Below are positions 25,625 to 37,800 of a DNA stretch of 64,000 bases, piece after piece. The notes below the pieces were generated by a model. It saw nothing but the letters and a program-made list of their open reading frames with translations, ran no database searches and was not told where the DNA came from. The stretch's first letter is position 1. Each line of letters opens with the position of its first letter. The DNA comes from Malacoraja senta (lineage: Eukaryota), in contig JAXLNO010000236.1 of NCBI GenBank assembly GCA_038087875.1, positions 1-64,000 on the forward strand. The letters run 5' to 3'. A program made the translations under genes and the position numbers.

Positions 25625-26535
25625 CACCATAGATGAGGCTCTCACCAGGGTTTCTTCGATACCCCGTGACACTGTTCTCTCTCCCCATCCCCCCACTCGT
25701 AAAAAAGGGCAGAGTCCCCCTAGTCCTCACCTTCCACCCTACCAGTCGTCACGTACAGCAAATAATCCTCTGTCATTTTCGCCACCTCCAATGTGATCCC
25801 ACCACTTGCCACATCTTCCCATCTCCTCCCCTGTCCGCTTTCCGCTGAGACCGCTCCCTCCGTAACTCCCTGGTCCATTCGTCCCATCCCACCTGAACCA
25901 CCCCCTCTCCGGGCACTTTCCCTTGCAACCGCAAGAAATGCTACACTTGTTGCTTTACCTCCTCCCTTGACTCCATTCAAGGACCCAAGCAGTCTTCCAG
26001 GTGCGACATAGGTTCACCTGCACCTCCTCCAACCTCATCTATTGCATCCGTTGCTCTAGATGTCTGCTGATCTACATCGGTGAGACCAAGCGTAGGCTTG
26101 GTGATCGCTTTGCTGAACACCTCCGCTCAGTTTGCAATAACCAACCTGATCTCCCGGTGGCTCAGCACTTCAACTCCCCCTCCATTCCGAATCCGCCCTT
26201 TCTGTCCTGGGCCTCCTCCATGGTCAGAGTGAGGACCACCGTAAATTGGAGCAGCAGCACCTCATATGTCGCTTGGGCAGTCTGCACTCCAGCAGTATGA
26301 ACATTGACTTCTCTAATTTCAGGTAGTCCTTACTGCCTCCTCCCCTTCTAAGCTCTCCCTTTAGCTCCTCCTCTTCCTTTCTTCTTCCCGCCCCCTCACA
26401 TCAGTCTGAAGCAAAGATTCTATAGCAATAGGATCTTTGGTCTGAAGAAGGGTTTACGGCCCGAAACTTTGTCTATTTCCTTCGCTCCATAGATGCTGCC
26501 TCACCCGCTGAGTTTCTCCAGCATTTTTGTCCACC
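25625..26535 (+). mobile_element. 5'-truncated Penelope-like retroelement (GIY-YIG endonuclease remnant plus terminal repeat)
   Basis: FTCTSSNLIYCIRCSRCLLIYIGETKRRLGDRFAEH in ORF 26001..26300, RVPLVLTFHP upstream; frameshifted. Confidence 0.92.
26412..26439. mobile_element. 28-bp palindromic insert with 8-bp TSD (hAT-like)
   Basis: GTCTGAAG at 26404-26411 and 26440-26447; 12-bp TIRs with 1 mismatch. Confidence 0.7.
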
Positions 26536-27429
26536 TGCCTGTGTTTGGCCCATGTCCAAATATTTTTAAACATGCATCAACTACCTCCTACAGTAGCTCA
26601 TTCTATATATCTACCATGCTTTGTGTGAAAAAAGTTGCCCCTCAAGTTCTTATTAAATATTAAATCTTCCCTTCCCTTCCCCCCCTCCAACAGTGGTAAA
26701 ACCGGCTTGCGGAACTAAATGGCACATCTTCTTATGCAATTAGTATTGCATCGCCATAATTTAACACCATGCTAAGTAAAATAATTTACATTGAATTACA
26801 AAGAATTTACGTCTGAAGGGTCTCGACCCGAAACATCACCCATTCCTTCTCTTCAGAGATGCTGCCTGCCCTGTCCTGCTGAGTTATTCCAACATTTTGT
26901 GGATTATTATAACCATAATTAATCCCATTGGCTCTTAAGGTATTTCTAAAGCGGAGAGTGGTAGTTTCTCCAGCATTTTTGTGTACCATTGACTAACCAT
27001 GTTTAGCCGTTGGAGAATGCAGATTGCAGGACAACACAAGATTACAATGAAATGCTGATAAATAGCAAGAAGGCGTGTTGAGTATGACCAATGGCACCGG
27101 ACATATTGGGAGAATGCTTTACCTTTTTGGTGCAGTCTCTATATTATCCTCAGAGATAGGGAGAGGGCAGGCTATGGAGGGATTAGAACATAAGAATGTT
27201 AAAATCAAGCTATTGCAGGACTCATTGAAGTGATGGGTAAATCGGGCTTGGTGTGAAGTGGGATACAGACTACAGAAGTCAGGTTAATCTCAAATTAATA
27301 GAGGGTGCAAGGTGTGCACTGGAATAATTTTATGAGGATCTGGCCAGCACTTACTGCCCTTCCCTAGTTACCCTTGAGAAAGTGCCGTCTTGAACCATGA
27401 TGGTGCTTCTGGTGAAGATGCTCCCACAT

Positions 27430-27658
27430 TTACATGACATTGCTGTGTCCCAAACATTATGGTGCCCTGAAATGGGGGGACTATGTAAAAACACTGCTGT
27501 AATTTCTACATGGTGAAACCAAAATGTATAAAAATGGCCTTTATTAAAATCTGACAATGTGCACTTTAACCACTTGTGATTTTTTTCCATTACAAATCTC
27601 AAATTGTGGCAAATAAATAAATGATGGGTCTTTGTCCCAAACATTATGGAGGGCACTG
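27430..27658. mobile_element. Solo end of an IR/DR-type Tc1 element
   Basis: TGTCCCAAACATTATGG repeated at about 27446 and 27633; ends CACTG|TA. Confidence 0.8.
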
Positions 27659-27681
27659 TATGAATGTATGGCAACCTTGGG

Positions 27682-27808
27682 GGTCTGAAGAAGGGTTTCG
27701 GCCCGAAACGTTACCTATTTCCTTCGCTCCATAGATGCTGCTGCACCCGCTGAGTTTCTCCAGCATTTTTGTGTACCTTCGATTTTCCAGCATCTGCAGT
27801 TCCTTCTT
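27682..27808 (+). mobile_element. Penelope terminal unit; intact hammerhead motif 27682-27715
   Basis: GGT-CTGAAGA-A-GGGT TTCG GCCC-GAAA-CGTT-ACC; stem I GGT/ACC. Confidence 0.82.
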
Positions 27809-28639
27809 TAACTGGTTCTACCAGAAGATGGTGCCACTTGCTTGGAACCGAGGGAGCACTCTAAAAACTATCACCTTCATTTATCAGGTGCTCAAATGAG
27901 CCTCTGCTGCCAATTTGGCATCTATCCAACTAATCTGACTGGTATTCCACACTTGTTGACCAAACTACTACTCCTCCCAACTGTGGCATATTCCAATCAC
28001 TACTCCCACAGGCAATGGAGGTGCTCCTTCAGGAAATGTCCTTCTCTGTCTAAAGTTGTGAACCCAGCCCAGTCCATCATGCAAACTAGCCTTTTCTCCC
28101 CTCCCTTGCCCGCCCATGTAGACTTCCTGGTGCCTCAGGAAGGCAGCCAATCTAATCAAGGACACCTCAAACCTCGGTCATTCTCTTCTCCCTCTCTCCT
28201 AAGGCAGAAGATACTAAAGCTTGAAAGCATGTTTTATTGAATTATGATCTGTGTTGTAATTAGTGTTAATGTGACTAAAGCAGTGTACCATCATGTACCG
28301 AACCCAAATACCACCAACCCTGGTCGTGTGGCAAATAAAGATTCTATCTATCTATCTATCTATGTATCACCAACTTTAAGAGTGGCTTCTTCCCCCCTTG
28401 TTATCAGACTCTTGAACGGGCCTCTCACAAGTCATGAATAAATTCACAATTTTCCAATCTGCCTCGTTGTGGATGTGCACTTATAACTAATAATATTCTG
28501 CATGGTTTATTTTCTCTTTTGCACCACTTGTACTCATGCCTGGTAGGATTTGCTGAGGATGCAAAACAGTTTTTTCGACTGTATCTTGGTACACATGAAT
28601 AATAAACCAAAACTAATTATAGCCAACATTGTTAGTTTA

Positions 28640-31600
28640 AAATTTTTATTGCCAAGAATGTCCAATAAAATTTAATTGAGCAGAGAATTCCACATCCCAG
28701 CATTCCCACCCACTGAACAGAATCCAGTACTATATCAATATCTTAAATCTGTGCCTTGTGATAGTTGACTGTTCAGACACAAGAAACCAGATTCTCTCAC
28801 TTTAATCTGTAGAAACCTTCAATTTTAATATACGTATAAACACCACCAATTTGAGTCACTAAACTTATACAAGTCAAAAGTAAGGACACTATAGAAATTA
28901 AGCAGCAGCAATAGTGAAGGTATTCCAAAGATTAGTTTATTCGAAGGAAAACTGATGGGGCATTATACATGATAATAAAAGACATCTCCTGGAAAGCAGA
29001 CTATAGAGTACAAATCTTTTTAATAGAAGGTATTATACAAATTTTACATAAGTCCTCTCAGTGTGTAATGTGTAAACTAATTCTTTAATTTTTTTTCTAT
29101 AATGGGATAGTGGTGGTAGTGGCAGTGGAGCGGGAAGAGGAATTGAAAGAGCTCATTTCCAAGAATCACCAATAAATACCTGTGTCGAAAGCGGAATTTC
29201 TTTTAAAACACAGACTTGTACTGTTTAACTTGAACTCCAGAATTCCAAATGTAATTACTTTCAGCCAATTTTAATAACTACTATACAATGTCCAATTTTT
29301 GCCCGTCAAAATTGTTCAGCAGATACTATGAACTCAGCAAATTTATGTCTATCAAATGAAACTGCTTTATTATCAGTACAAACCACTGCAGCGTAAAAAT
29401 CACTCAACCTGGTAAAGAGTAAAACACAGTCTGCTACTGGTGGGGAGGGAGGCACCGGGTTAAGTGGACAGAATTAGGGGGCTTGATATAACTGTTTAAA
29501 ATAAAATCTAGTCTAAACTGCTAGTGACTAGGCAAATCACCACTGCACATTGGAAATCAATTTGATTCTGAAATTTAAAAAATCTTTTTATCATAGTCAC
29601 ATTTTGCACCTGCTTTTCGTCAAATGGTCTTGATAGCTGGCGCTGACCAAGTGATGCACATTTAAATATGAACACAACCTCTGCTGTGGCACGAAACAAA
29701 CCATCAATGACAGGATATCATGTGAATTTGATAAAAGTGAAAAGCAATGTTCCCAACACCATCCAGACTCCATGACTGAGGAAATTTTAATTTAAGATCT
29801 AATTGTTGGTTTTTACATCTTAATAATTTCAAATACTATCAATTGTTAAAATGTAAGTTTATGCCCCAAATAAATGCCAATCGTTAAAGCAAACATTTCA
29901 ATACAAATGCCTTTCCCCATCCCAAAACTGATCACCTAAAAATAAAATGCAATTGATTTAATGCTTGCACTGCACCAATGAGCTGCAAATATTTCAGCCC
30001 TTTCAGCTCTGCTAGAACATGCTGTCAAACACACAAAAAAGCCATAACCTTCATGAATTGGGATTGGTTGTAAACCAGACCGAGTTGGGTAGACAAAAAA
30101 TGTAACATGTTTATTAAACTCCCAAGGATTTCTAAGGTAACTGTTAGTAAACTTAAAAACTTGAGACGAACAAGATTAACTTCTGGTTTTAAATTGCGAA
30201 GGATTATTGTTTTGCGAGAACTGTGGTGCATTAGGATCAAGCACAACAGTTTAGACACTGTTCAGCTATCCCTCCAATGTTTATCTGCTACAGCACCAGC
30301 TTTTAGTGAAAGTGTCGTCACAGATACTGAAGGGTAACTTTCAGTGACTTGGTGTTTGCTGGGAAAGTAAATTGAGATTATTCTGAATGACTTGAATGGA
30401 AACTGGAATTAATTTATCCTAAGTACTCCTCCACTGATACTGTTGAGACCCGAGAAGCTGCACTGGTGCAATCAGATCTTCCAGTGTCAGACACTTATAA
30501 TGTCAAAATAATTCCTTTGTGGCAATTTTACAAATATCTAGAATTACAACCTGCAGTCAGATAGATCTTCACAAATGAGAGAACCTTATGCGATTAAAAA
30601 TCTGTATGACAGAAGTGAAGGAAAAAAAACCCGTATCCTGTATATTCAAACATGACACGCAAGCAAGTTAAATTCACTTCTCTGAACAGATTTGAAATTT
30701 TGATCGGCACAAAATGTCTCAATCGTTTGGAAATCTGAGCTTGTATGTAGATATTTATGCACAATCAAAACAATGTCACAACCGAGTAAGCCTGGAGTTA
30801 GCAGTTTCCAAGGTTTACTGGAAACAAACTATAAAATGGATCGGATGAAAGATGTGCAGAGTAAAATGTGTTGAGTTAGGCTAGGAGTGATATCTGACAT
30901 CCATAAGGGATGGCATGACCAGAACTTAACCCGTGTAAGGAGATGAGCCATTTCCTTGTGGCAATGTATAATGTATGCTGTGCAGACAGGCTTACACATG
31001 AGCAATGCTTTTTGCTTTCAGATACTCAATGTCACATTCTCAAACAAACCACAACCACTGGCCATGAACTCCAGTATACATTTGTTTACTGATGAAAGCA
31101 CAAGCACATTTGGCCCCAACAATCGTCCCAACTGATGTACCAGCAATCAGCTGTCCAGCAAGAGCCGTTCCAAATTTATGGGGGATGAAACAAATTGTTG
31201 AGAGTTCAGTAATATCAACAGACTGTAGCAGAATTTCAAGGTTAGTCCCAGTAGCAGGGTGAACAGTTTGGTTATGGTGGGGTGACAGAAAGAAATGTGT
31301 CTGACTGTGGTCCAAATCCCTTTAAAAAAAAAATAAAAAAAAAAAAGTTTTTTATTCTAAAATGCCATCTGACATTTTGGAAGGGGCACCAAAATTGTGA
31401 CAACTATTTGTACCAATCGCACTAGCCCATTTTATTTTAAAAAGTGCACCAACAATTACAATTTCTATGGACCACTGTTTCCATTATTCACTTTTAGCCG
31501 AATCTTACCTCCTTACAAGGTGTTTTTTTTTTAAAAAGAGGGACATCCAAATGTAAAATACCATTCTAACTACTGCACACAATGTTTTCTCAAAAGCCTG

Positions 31601-31785
31601 AGGCAGACATATTTTAAGTGGTAGATGAAATCTCCATAGGTTTCATATTCAATGGCTGCAGCAGCATGCAAGAAAAAGTTCCGGGAGATGTAAGCCATAT
31701 GGGTTGTTGAGTCACATTTTAATTGAAGTTCATTCTTTCAGTTCTCTGAAAAGGGGATGTGGAAGCGTTTTCCTCAAACAGAACG
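28640..31785 (-). other. EIF4B: Probable EIF4B 3' UTR with several AATAAA candidates (about 31435, 31355, 29366-29371, 28940, 28648)
   Basis: AT-rich stretch with few recognisable repeats directly after the stop codon; the true end cannot be fixed from sequence. Confidence 0.5.
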
Positions 31786-31860
31786 TTATTCTGTACTGTC
31801 TTCTTCTTCTTCTTCAGCATCAATCATCAAAGCAGCATATTTGCTAGCAGAGCTGAATTT
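31786..31860 (-). CDS. EIF4B: EIF4B exon 15 coding part (75 nt): [24 protein letters not shown]
   Basis: ttctgtag| acceptor; conserved [11 protein letters not shown]; TAA stop. Confidence 0.95.
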   Translation of the reverse strand, partial: KFSSASKYAALMIDAEEEEEDSTE

Positions 31861-34800
31861 CTACAGAAAAACACAAATATCCAGCGCGGGATTAATGATA
31901 AAGCCGCAATGCACATCTTTTCAATTTAAAATCCTTTCCACACCTGTCCTGAAGGTGCCATGTCATACTTGTGCTTAGGGTGATCCACTGCAGTCTGGAC
32001 CATTGAGAGAACTAAACACAATATTGACAATATTTTGTTGCAGAGGAAAGAAAAGCCACATTCAGGTACGTACATACACATGCACATACACCTATGTTTT
32101 GGGACCTCACATTGGCTTTAAAAAAAAGATCTCGCATCATTGGCAAGGCTAACATTTATGGCCAATCTCCAACTACCCTGGAGAAGATGGTGATGAGCCA
32201 CCTTCTTGAACCACTGCAGTTCCTCAGGTGAAGGTGCTTCCACAGTGCTGCTGGGGTGTGTTCCAGGATTTTGACCAAATAACTAGATTGTCATGGGATA
32301 CCCTGCCTGCAACCTGCTCTTGTAGCTACAGGTATGTATATGGATGTCGTCAGTTGAGTTTCTGGTCAATAGTGGCCCCCAGGGCATTTAATACCTTCCC
32401 CAGCAACTTATCTACCAGTCTGAAGAAGGGTCTCGACCCGAAACATCACCCATTCCTTCTCTCCAGAGATGCTGCCTGTCCCGCTGAGTTACTCCAGCAT
32501 TTTGTGTCTATCTACCAACTGACTTGGTCAACGGCTAGACTTGGATGTTTTGTACAATGCTGCACCATAACCTATGAGTTTGAGTTTACAGCTGAAGGTT
32601 GATGTCGCAATCTTTTGATCACTGTGGTTTATAATTAACCATAGGACTTTGAATCCCAAATGATTTATCCAGTTGTTTGAAGGGCTGAGATGAAACACAA
32701 TTATCTATAACTTGGTTAAACCATAACAATTATTCAGTTTTTAAGTTCAATGCTAGAGTTTGTTTCTACACTGCAGACAATGCTTTTGCAATGAAAACAC
32801 CACTTCTACGACTTACAGGAGTGGGCAATTCTTCGTATTTCTTTGGCTCAGTTATAGGTTTTGAATCACGGCCCTTTTTGTCTTTCCTGTGCAAGAAAAG
32901 CAAACATTATGTATCGATCCTGCATTAGAAAAACATAATGTGCATTGCAAAAGACATGATTTGATGTCGAGAATATTAACTGACCTGCCGATGCACCATG
33001 TGGACATGAGGCATCATTAGTACAGATTAGAATTTGGCAATGTTCTTTATTTCTACCAGTCAGTTATATGATGCGTACGTATGACGACCACCACCAATCG
33101 CACTGGTATCATAATGACAGACTAAAGCACAGACACTACAAGACATCTTGATAATAGAAATATCAAATTTCACAAACTAATACAATTCCTTCAAATGTTT
33201 AGCTTTGAGGAAATGTGGTGCAAATGGGTTGGTTAGAACTATATCTGGAAACATGAGAGAAATCTTTTGACTCGACAGCGAGAAGATACCAACTATGGAA
33301 ATTGAACATTGGAAAGACAGAAGCTATGAAAGGACAGACCTGTCTGGTTCCTTCCTTCGGTCCTTGTTTATGCCATCATTCTGTCCCCGGCTCACAGCAC
33401 TGTTGGCCCCACCACGTTCATTGGGTGAAGTTTTCTCTAGTATTTCATTTTCTGCTTTATCATCTAAAATTTTAAAAATGCCTATTAAAAATCCAGTTCC
33501 GTTTCATCAGTCTAATCAGTAATTTAGAAGTGATTTGAAAGCGTAGTCGATTGCATTAAACATTCAGCCCACAAAACCCAAATTCATACACGTCTTGCTT
33601 TCTAGCAGCTGGTGTCCATTTGCCAAGATCTTTGAAAAGCAAATCCACCCAATCCAGAGTGGAACTGGAAAATGTTTGCAAGTGCTTTCGCATATATATA
33701 AAATCAACGACTCACTTTATTTTCCAATGCAAGGGCAATGCAGCCTGTTAGAATAGGCTGTGGATTCCAATACTACTCCAGTATCTTTACATTAGTGGAA
33801 ACACATTGTCTGTACCCCTTATAAAATCACACTTACTAACTACACTAACACATGTTGTCACTGTTACTCCTCAAATTGCAGCAAAATGGCTTCAAGACCC
33901 GTTTTCACTGTCTCGGCACAGCTACTATTTATCAGGACTTATTAACGCACCCGGCCTGATTGCCCAGTGCTTGCCTGCAAACAAAAAGCACAGTTGGTTT
34001 TAACAGAACCACAATGATGGATTTCCCCCTCATGTTCTTTACCCCACAGTAGGCGAGAGACACTCAAGATTCAGATTCCATAATATAATAATATGAAGTA
34101 ATTATAATTGTAAGTATTTAGAAATGATCCATAGTATTTAGAAGTTACCAATAACTCAAAACTAGGTGTAATGACCACCTAGGCATCATGTTATTCATAG
34201 TCCCTAGAAACTGGAATAGCTGAGCAACATTTAAATAATGGCACATTAAGGAATCATTGTCAGCTAAGAATTGCATGAAATCCTCATTTATGCAGTCCAC
34301 TGAGAAACTAGGCATTAATATCTGCCTTCTTCAGCCAGAGGAGTTCTGTGGAATTCACTGCCACAGATGGTTGTGGAGGCCAATACATTGGGTATTTTTA
34401 AAGTGGAGATTGACAGGTTTTTGATTAGTAAGAGCATCAAAAGATACTGGGAGAAGGCAGGAGAATGCGGTTGAGAGGGAAAGATAGATCAGCCAGATCG
34501 AATAGTAGAGACTTGATGGGCCAAATGACCTAATTCTGCTCCGAGAACCTATGGTCTCCACTCCCCCCAGTATTGAAGCATATAAAGAAACATTGTTTTC
34601 TGGCGGTAGTATCATACCATCCAAACCAATTCATGCTGCTCATTTTTGCTCTTTGCGTGGACTCCCCAAATTTGCCACAAGAATAATTAAACAATCCCCA
34701 AAGTGTGAAATTGCGTGACAAAGAGGTAGGAACACACAAAATGATACAAATCGATCTATTAGGAAGAAACTGATTTTTAAACTAGGAACAAAAACTTGTT

Positions 34801-37800
34801 GTCATGATTCGATGACAGGTACACTATTATTCTACCATTCCCTGCTAAATGGTGCTTTGTTTCCATACCTGGAGGAGGAACTGGTCCAGCTTTGCCACTT
34901 GGTGACCTGTATAGAAGACAGAGGATGGTACATTGTAAATTTGCGTGTTAGTTTTAACAAACACAAAATCAGTAGTGAACTGTTTGCTACTGGGTAAAGA
35001 TCAAATTAGAATGGAAATTACAAAAATGTCACTTCCTTCACTGGTACCACAATTATTTGAACATACCCAGGCTTCTGAACAACATTTTGGGCACAGCGGC
35101 CGTTTCTCTACCCACATCCACCCTCCCCACGACAACTTTCAACACGAGACATTGAAAATTAGATGACAACTCCAAAAACGTACTCTTTTTTAAAGTGGTA
35201 CCAGTTTATTCAGGAAACTTCATCCTTTATGATGCTAAATGCCACAATGTTGCACTGCAATATTCATGGCCAATATAAAACAAAACACATTATTTTGTCC
35301 AGTTTCTCTCTCCTGAAGTCACAGATTTAGAGGTATACAATTCCATTGCTGCTAGCAGCGTGTATACCTCTCCTAAGCAACTAATCATATGCAAACACAG
35401 TGGCATCTTTAATTGGTGAGCCAGTGGATGAATTAGACAATCTCAATTAGCATGCAAGATTCCAGGAGTTAGATTTGTTCTAGAAATTGCAAGCTATACC
35501 TGAGTGATTTATTTGATGATGCACTAGTCGGGGAAAGAGGCAGTGGGGCCTCTGACTCCGTGTTCTGGGTACTACTGGAGCCTCCAGCCGTTCGCTTCGT
35601 CCAGGCATTTTCTTTAGGTGGAGGGGCCGGTACAACCTTAAGTCGGAGCTGGTCTGGCTTTGCAGATTTGGACACTGGTGACTGTGGCTCCTCCTCTTTG
35701 CTGAACACTTCATTGTCCAAGGATTTTTCACTCTCTCTTCTGACTGTAGCTTGAGATGAGAAGATAGAAAATTAGTTGCTCTAGGAGGGGAAAAGCAGCT
35801 CTTTCAGATTTAAAAAAAAAACATTTAAAACAAATATTAACTGGACATAAGACTTTTGAACTAAACAGAGGGTGGCAGAGTGGTGCAGCAATAGAGTTGC
35901 TGCCTTACAGCGCCAGTGACCAGGGTTCGATCCTGACTACGGGTGCTGTCTGTACAAAGTTTGTACTTTCTCCCTGTGACCATGTGGGTTCTCTCCGGGT
36001 GCTCCGGTTTCCTCCCACATCCCAAAGACGTGCGATTTTGTAGGTTAATTGGCTTTTGTAAATTGTCCCTAGTGTGTAGGATAGAACTAGTGTTCAGGTG
36101 ATCGTTGGTTGGCGCGGACATGGTGGGCCAACGAGCATTTTTCCATGCGGTATCTCTAAACAAAACACGATTGTTGCTGCACGTGAATGCCATTAATTTT
36201 TCATATTTACTGGAATTGCATATTATTCCACAAGCTACAATTGTTGCAACCATTGATAATCAATATGGCTCACAATATCAATTGTGACTAAATGAGCATG
36301 GTTGTGACAAAAGTAAGCGACAAATCAGACTGCCTTCTGCAAAATACACCATTTCTGTCCAGTAACCAGGAAATTAACTAAGAACTTTCCTGAAATTAAC
36401 TAAGAACTTTGACCATTAACTAAGAACTTTTGACCAATTTTCCAGGAGGAAACCCCCCATCTCTAACCCTATATTCCTCCTCATCAGGAGAAACATGATT
36501 TATTAATTTCTTATCAACATCATGGACAATTAAATCTATGCTGCAATGACCCTGTGAAAGAATCTTCCAGGCACCATCTTATGTACAGCATCAAACTGCT
36601 TTATTTACATTTCTATCCAAGTAAAACACATGGTAATCTTCATATGTAGCCTGAATGGGTTCTCCTTAAAATTGTGACAACAGCCAAAGCTTTACCTATG
36701 TGGCTTTGCAACTGTATTCTTCTATCTTTGAAGTCCCAAAACAATTAGGAAGCATGGACAAAAAAACAACAGAGGGTCAGTTTCAGCTTCAGATAGCATA
36801 ATGCTGACATTAGTTTACATCAAAGTAAATTATCCTGTGTAGATCACGCAAGTCATTTAACAAAGTGCCGGAACTTTGTTTAATAAAATAGAGTCATTGC
36901 TTCAGTGGTTTAAAGCTCTGTCTATTCATGCAAAATAACCAAATTTCCAAATACAGTTCAACAGGTTTTTGCAATGTTAAACCGACAACCTTAAATGAAA
37001 ATAACACCTGCAACATTCAGCAGGTCAGGTGGCATCTGTAGAAAGAGGAACCGATTTAATGTTTAAGGTCAAAGACCCTTTCTCAGAACTGGTAATGATA
37101 AAACAGAGACATGTAAAAGCTGTGAAATGCAGTTCAGAGGGGTAGAAAATCGAAACCAAAGGGAGAAAGCTATGCAAGGTCAACGGATGAGGCAGTGTCT
37201 GTAGAGAGGAGGAAAAAAAGTTAATATATGTGAATGACCTACAGTAGAACTGTATAGTTCTAATACAGATAACGCGAGTCATCGGAAATTGTTGAATTTG
37301 ATAACAGTGCGATTCTGCATTACTTGAACATGTGGTGATTCTCACACTTGGAAGATTTGAAACCACTTGCAGCCAGGTTCTTGCTAGAACAGGCAGGTTG
37401 GTCTCCTACCCCCACAGTGCAAAGGACCTCCCTCCTGCTTGTGTAGCACTTATTACGACCTCCATTCTCGGTCAGTACGTTTATGGACCCCGCCCCCCTT
37501 AACTCCTTCGTGGTAGCTGCAATAGATTGTGCCTTGGAGAGCCAACACCTTTCTTTCTAAGACCAGCATGCAGCAGTGATAGGGGCCCGACCCACTTGCC
37601 GATTTTTTCGCCGACTGCCAGCGTCATATCAGGGTTGCCAAAAGATTTTGAACATGCGGCGACAAAAGAAATGTTGCGACACTTGAAAAAGCACCGCGCG
37701 TCAATACGTCGTCATGCCGCGTCTTTTTCCGTGACCTGATAGGTCAGTCAATGAAGCCGGCAGTCGCCGAAAAAATCGCTGCCTTCAGCAGGAGCCTGGT

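Noticed and set aside
32983-33025. Bipartite match of the intron-13 second hairpin (GUACU/GCAGG) to recalled 28S CCUGC-UC-AGUAC
   Set aside because: Short match, two unexplained guide bases, and 21-nt spacing to ACA; not accepted as a target.
35040-35205. 11-bp inverted repeat (ACTGGTACCAC) bracketing part of intron 11, like a snoRNA external stem
   Set aside because: No C/D or H/ACA boxes seen inside.
35870-35940. tRNA gene (A and B boxes)
   Set aside because: tRNA-derived SINE head continuing into a V domain; no cloverleaf.
36371-36436. Three copies of ATTAACTAAGAACTTT
   Set aside because: Ordinary local slippage duplication with no further structure.
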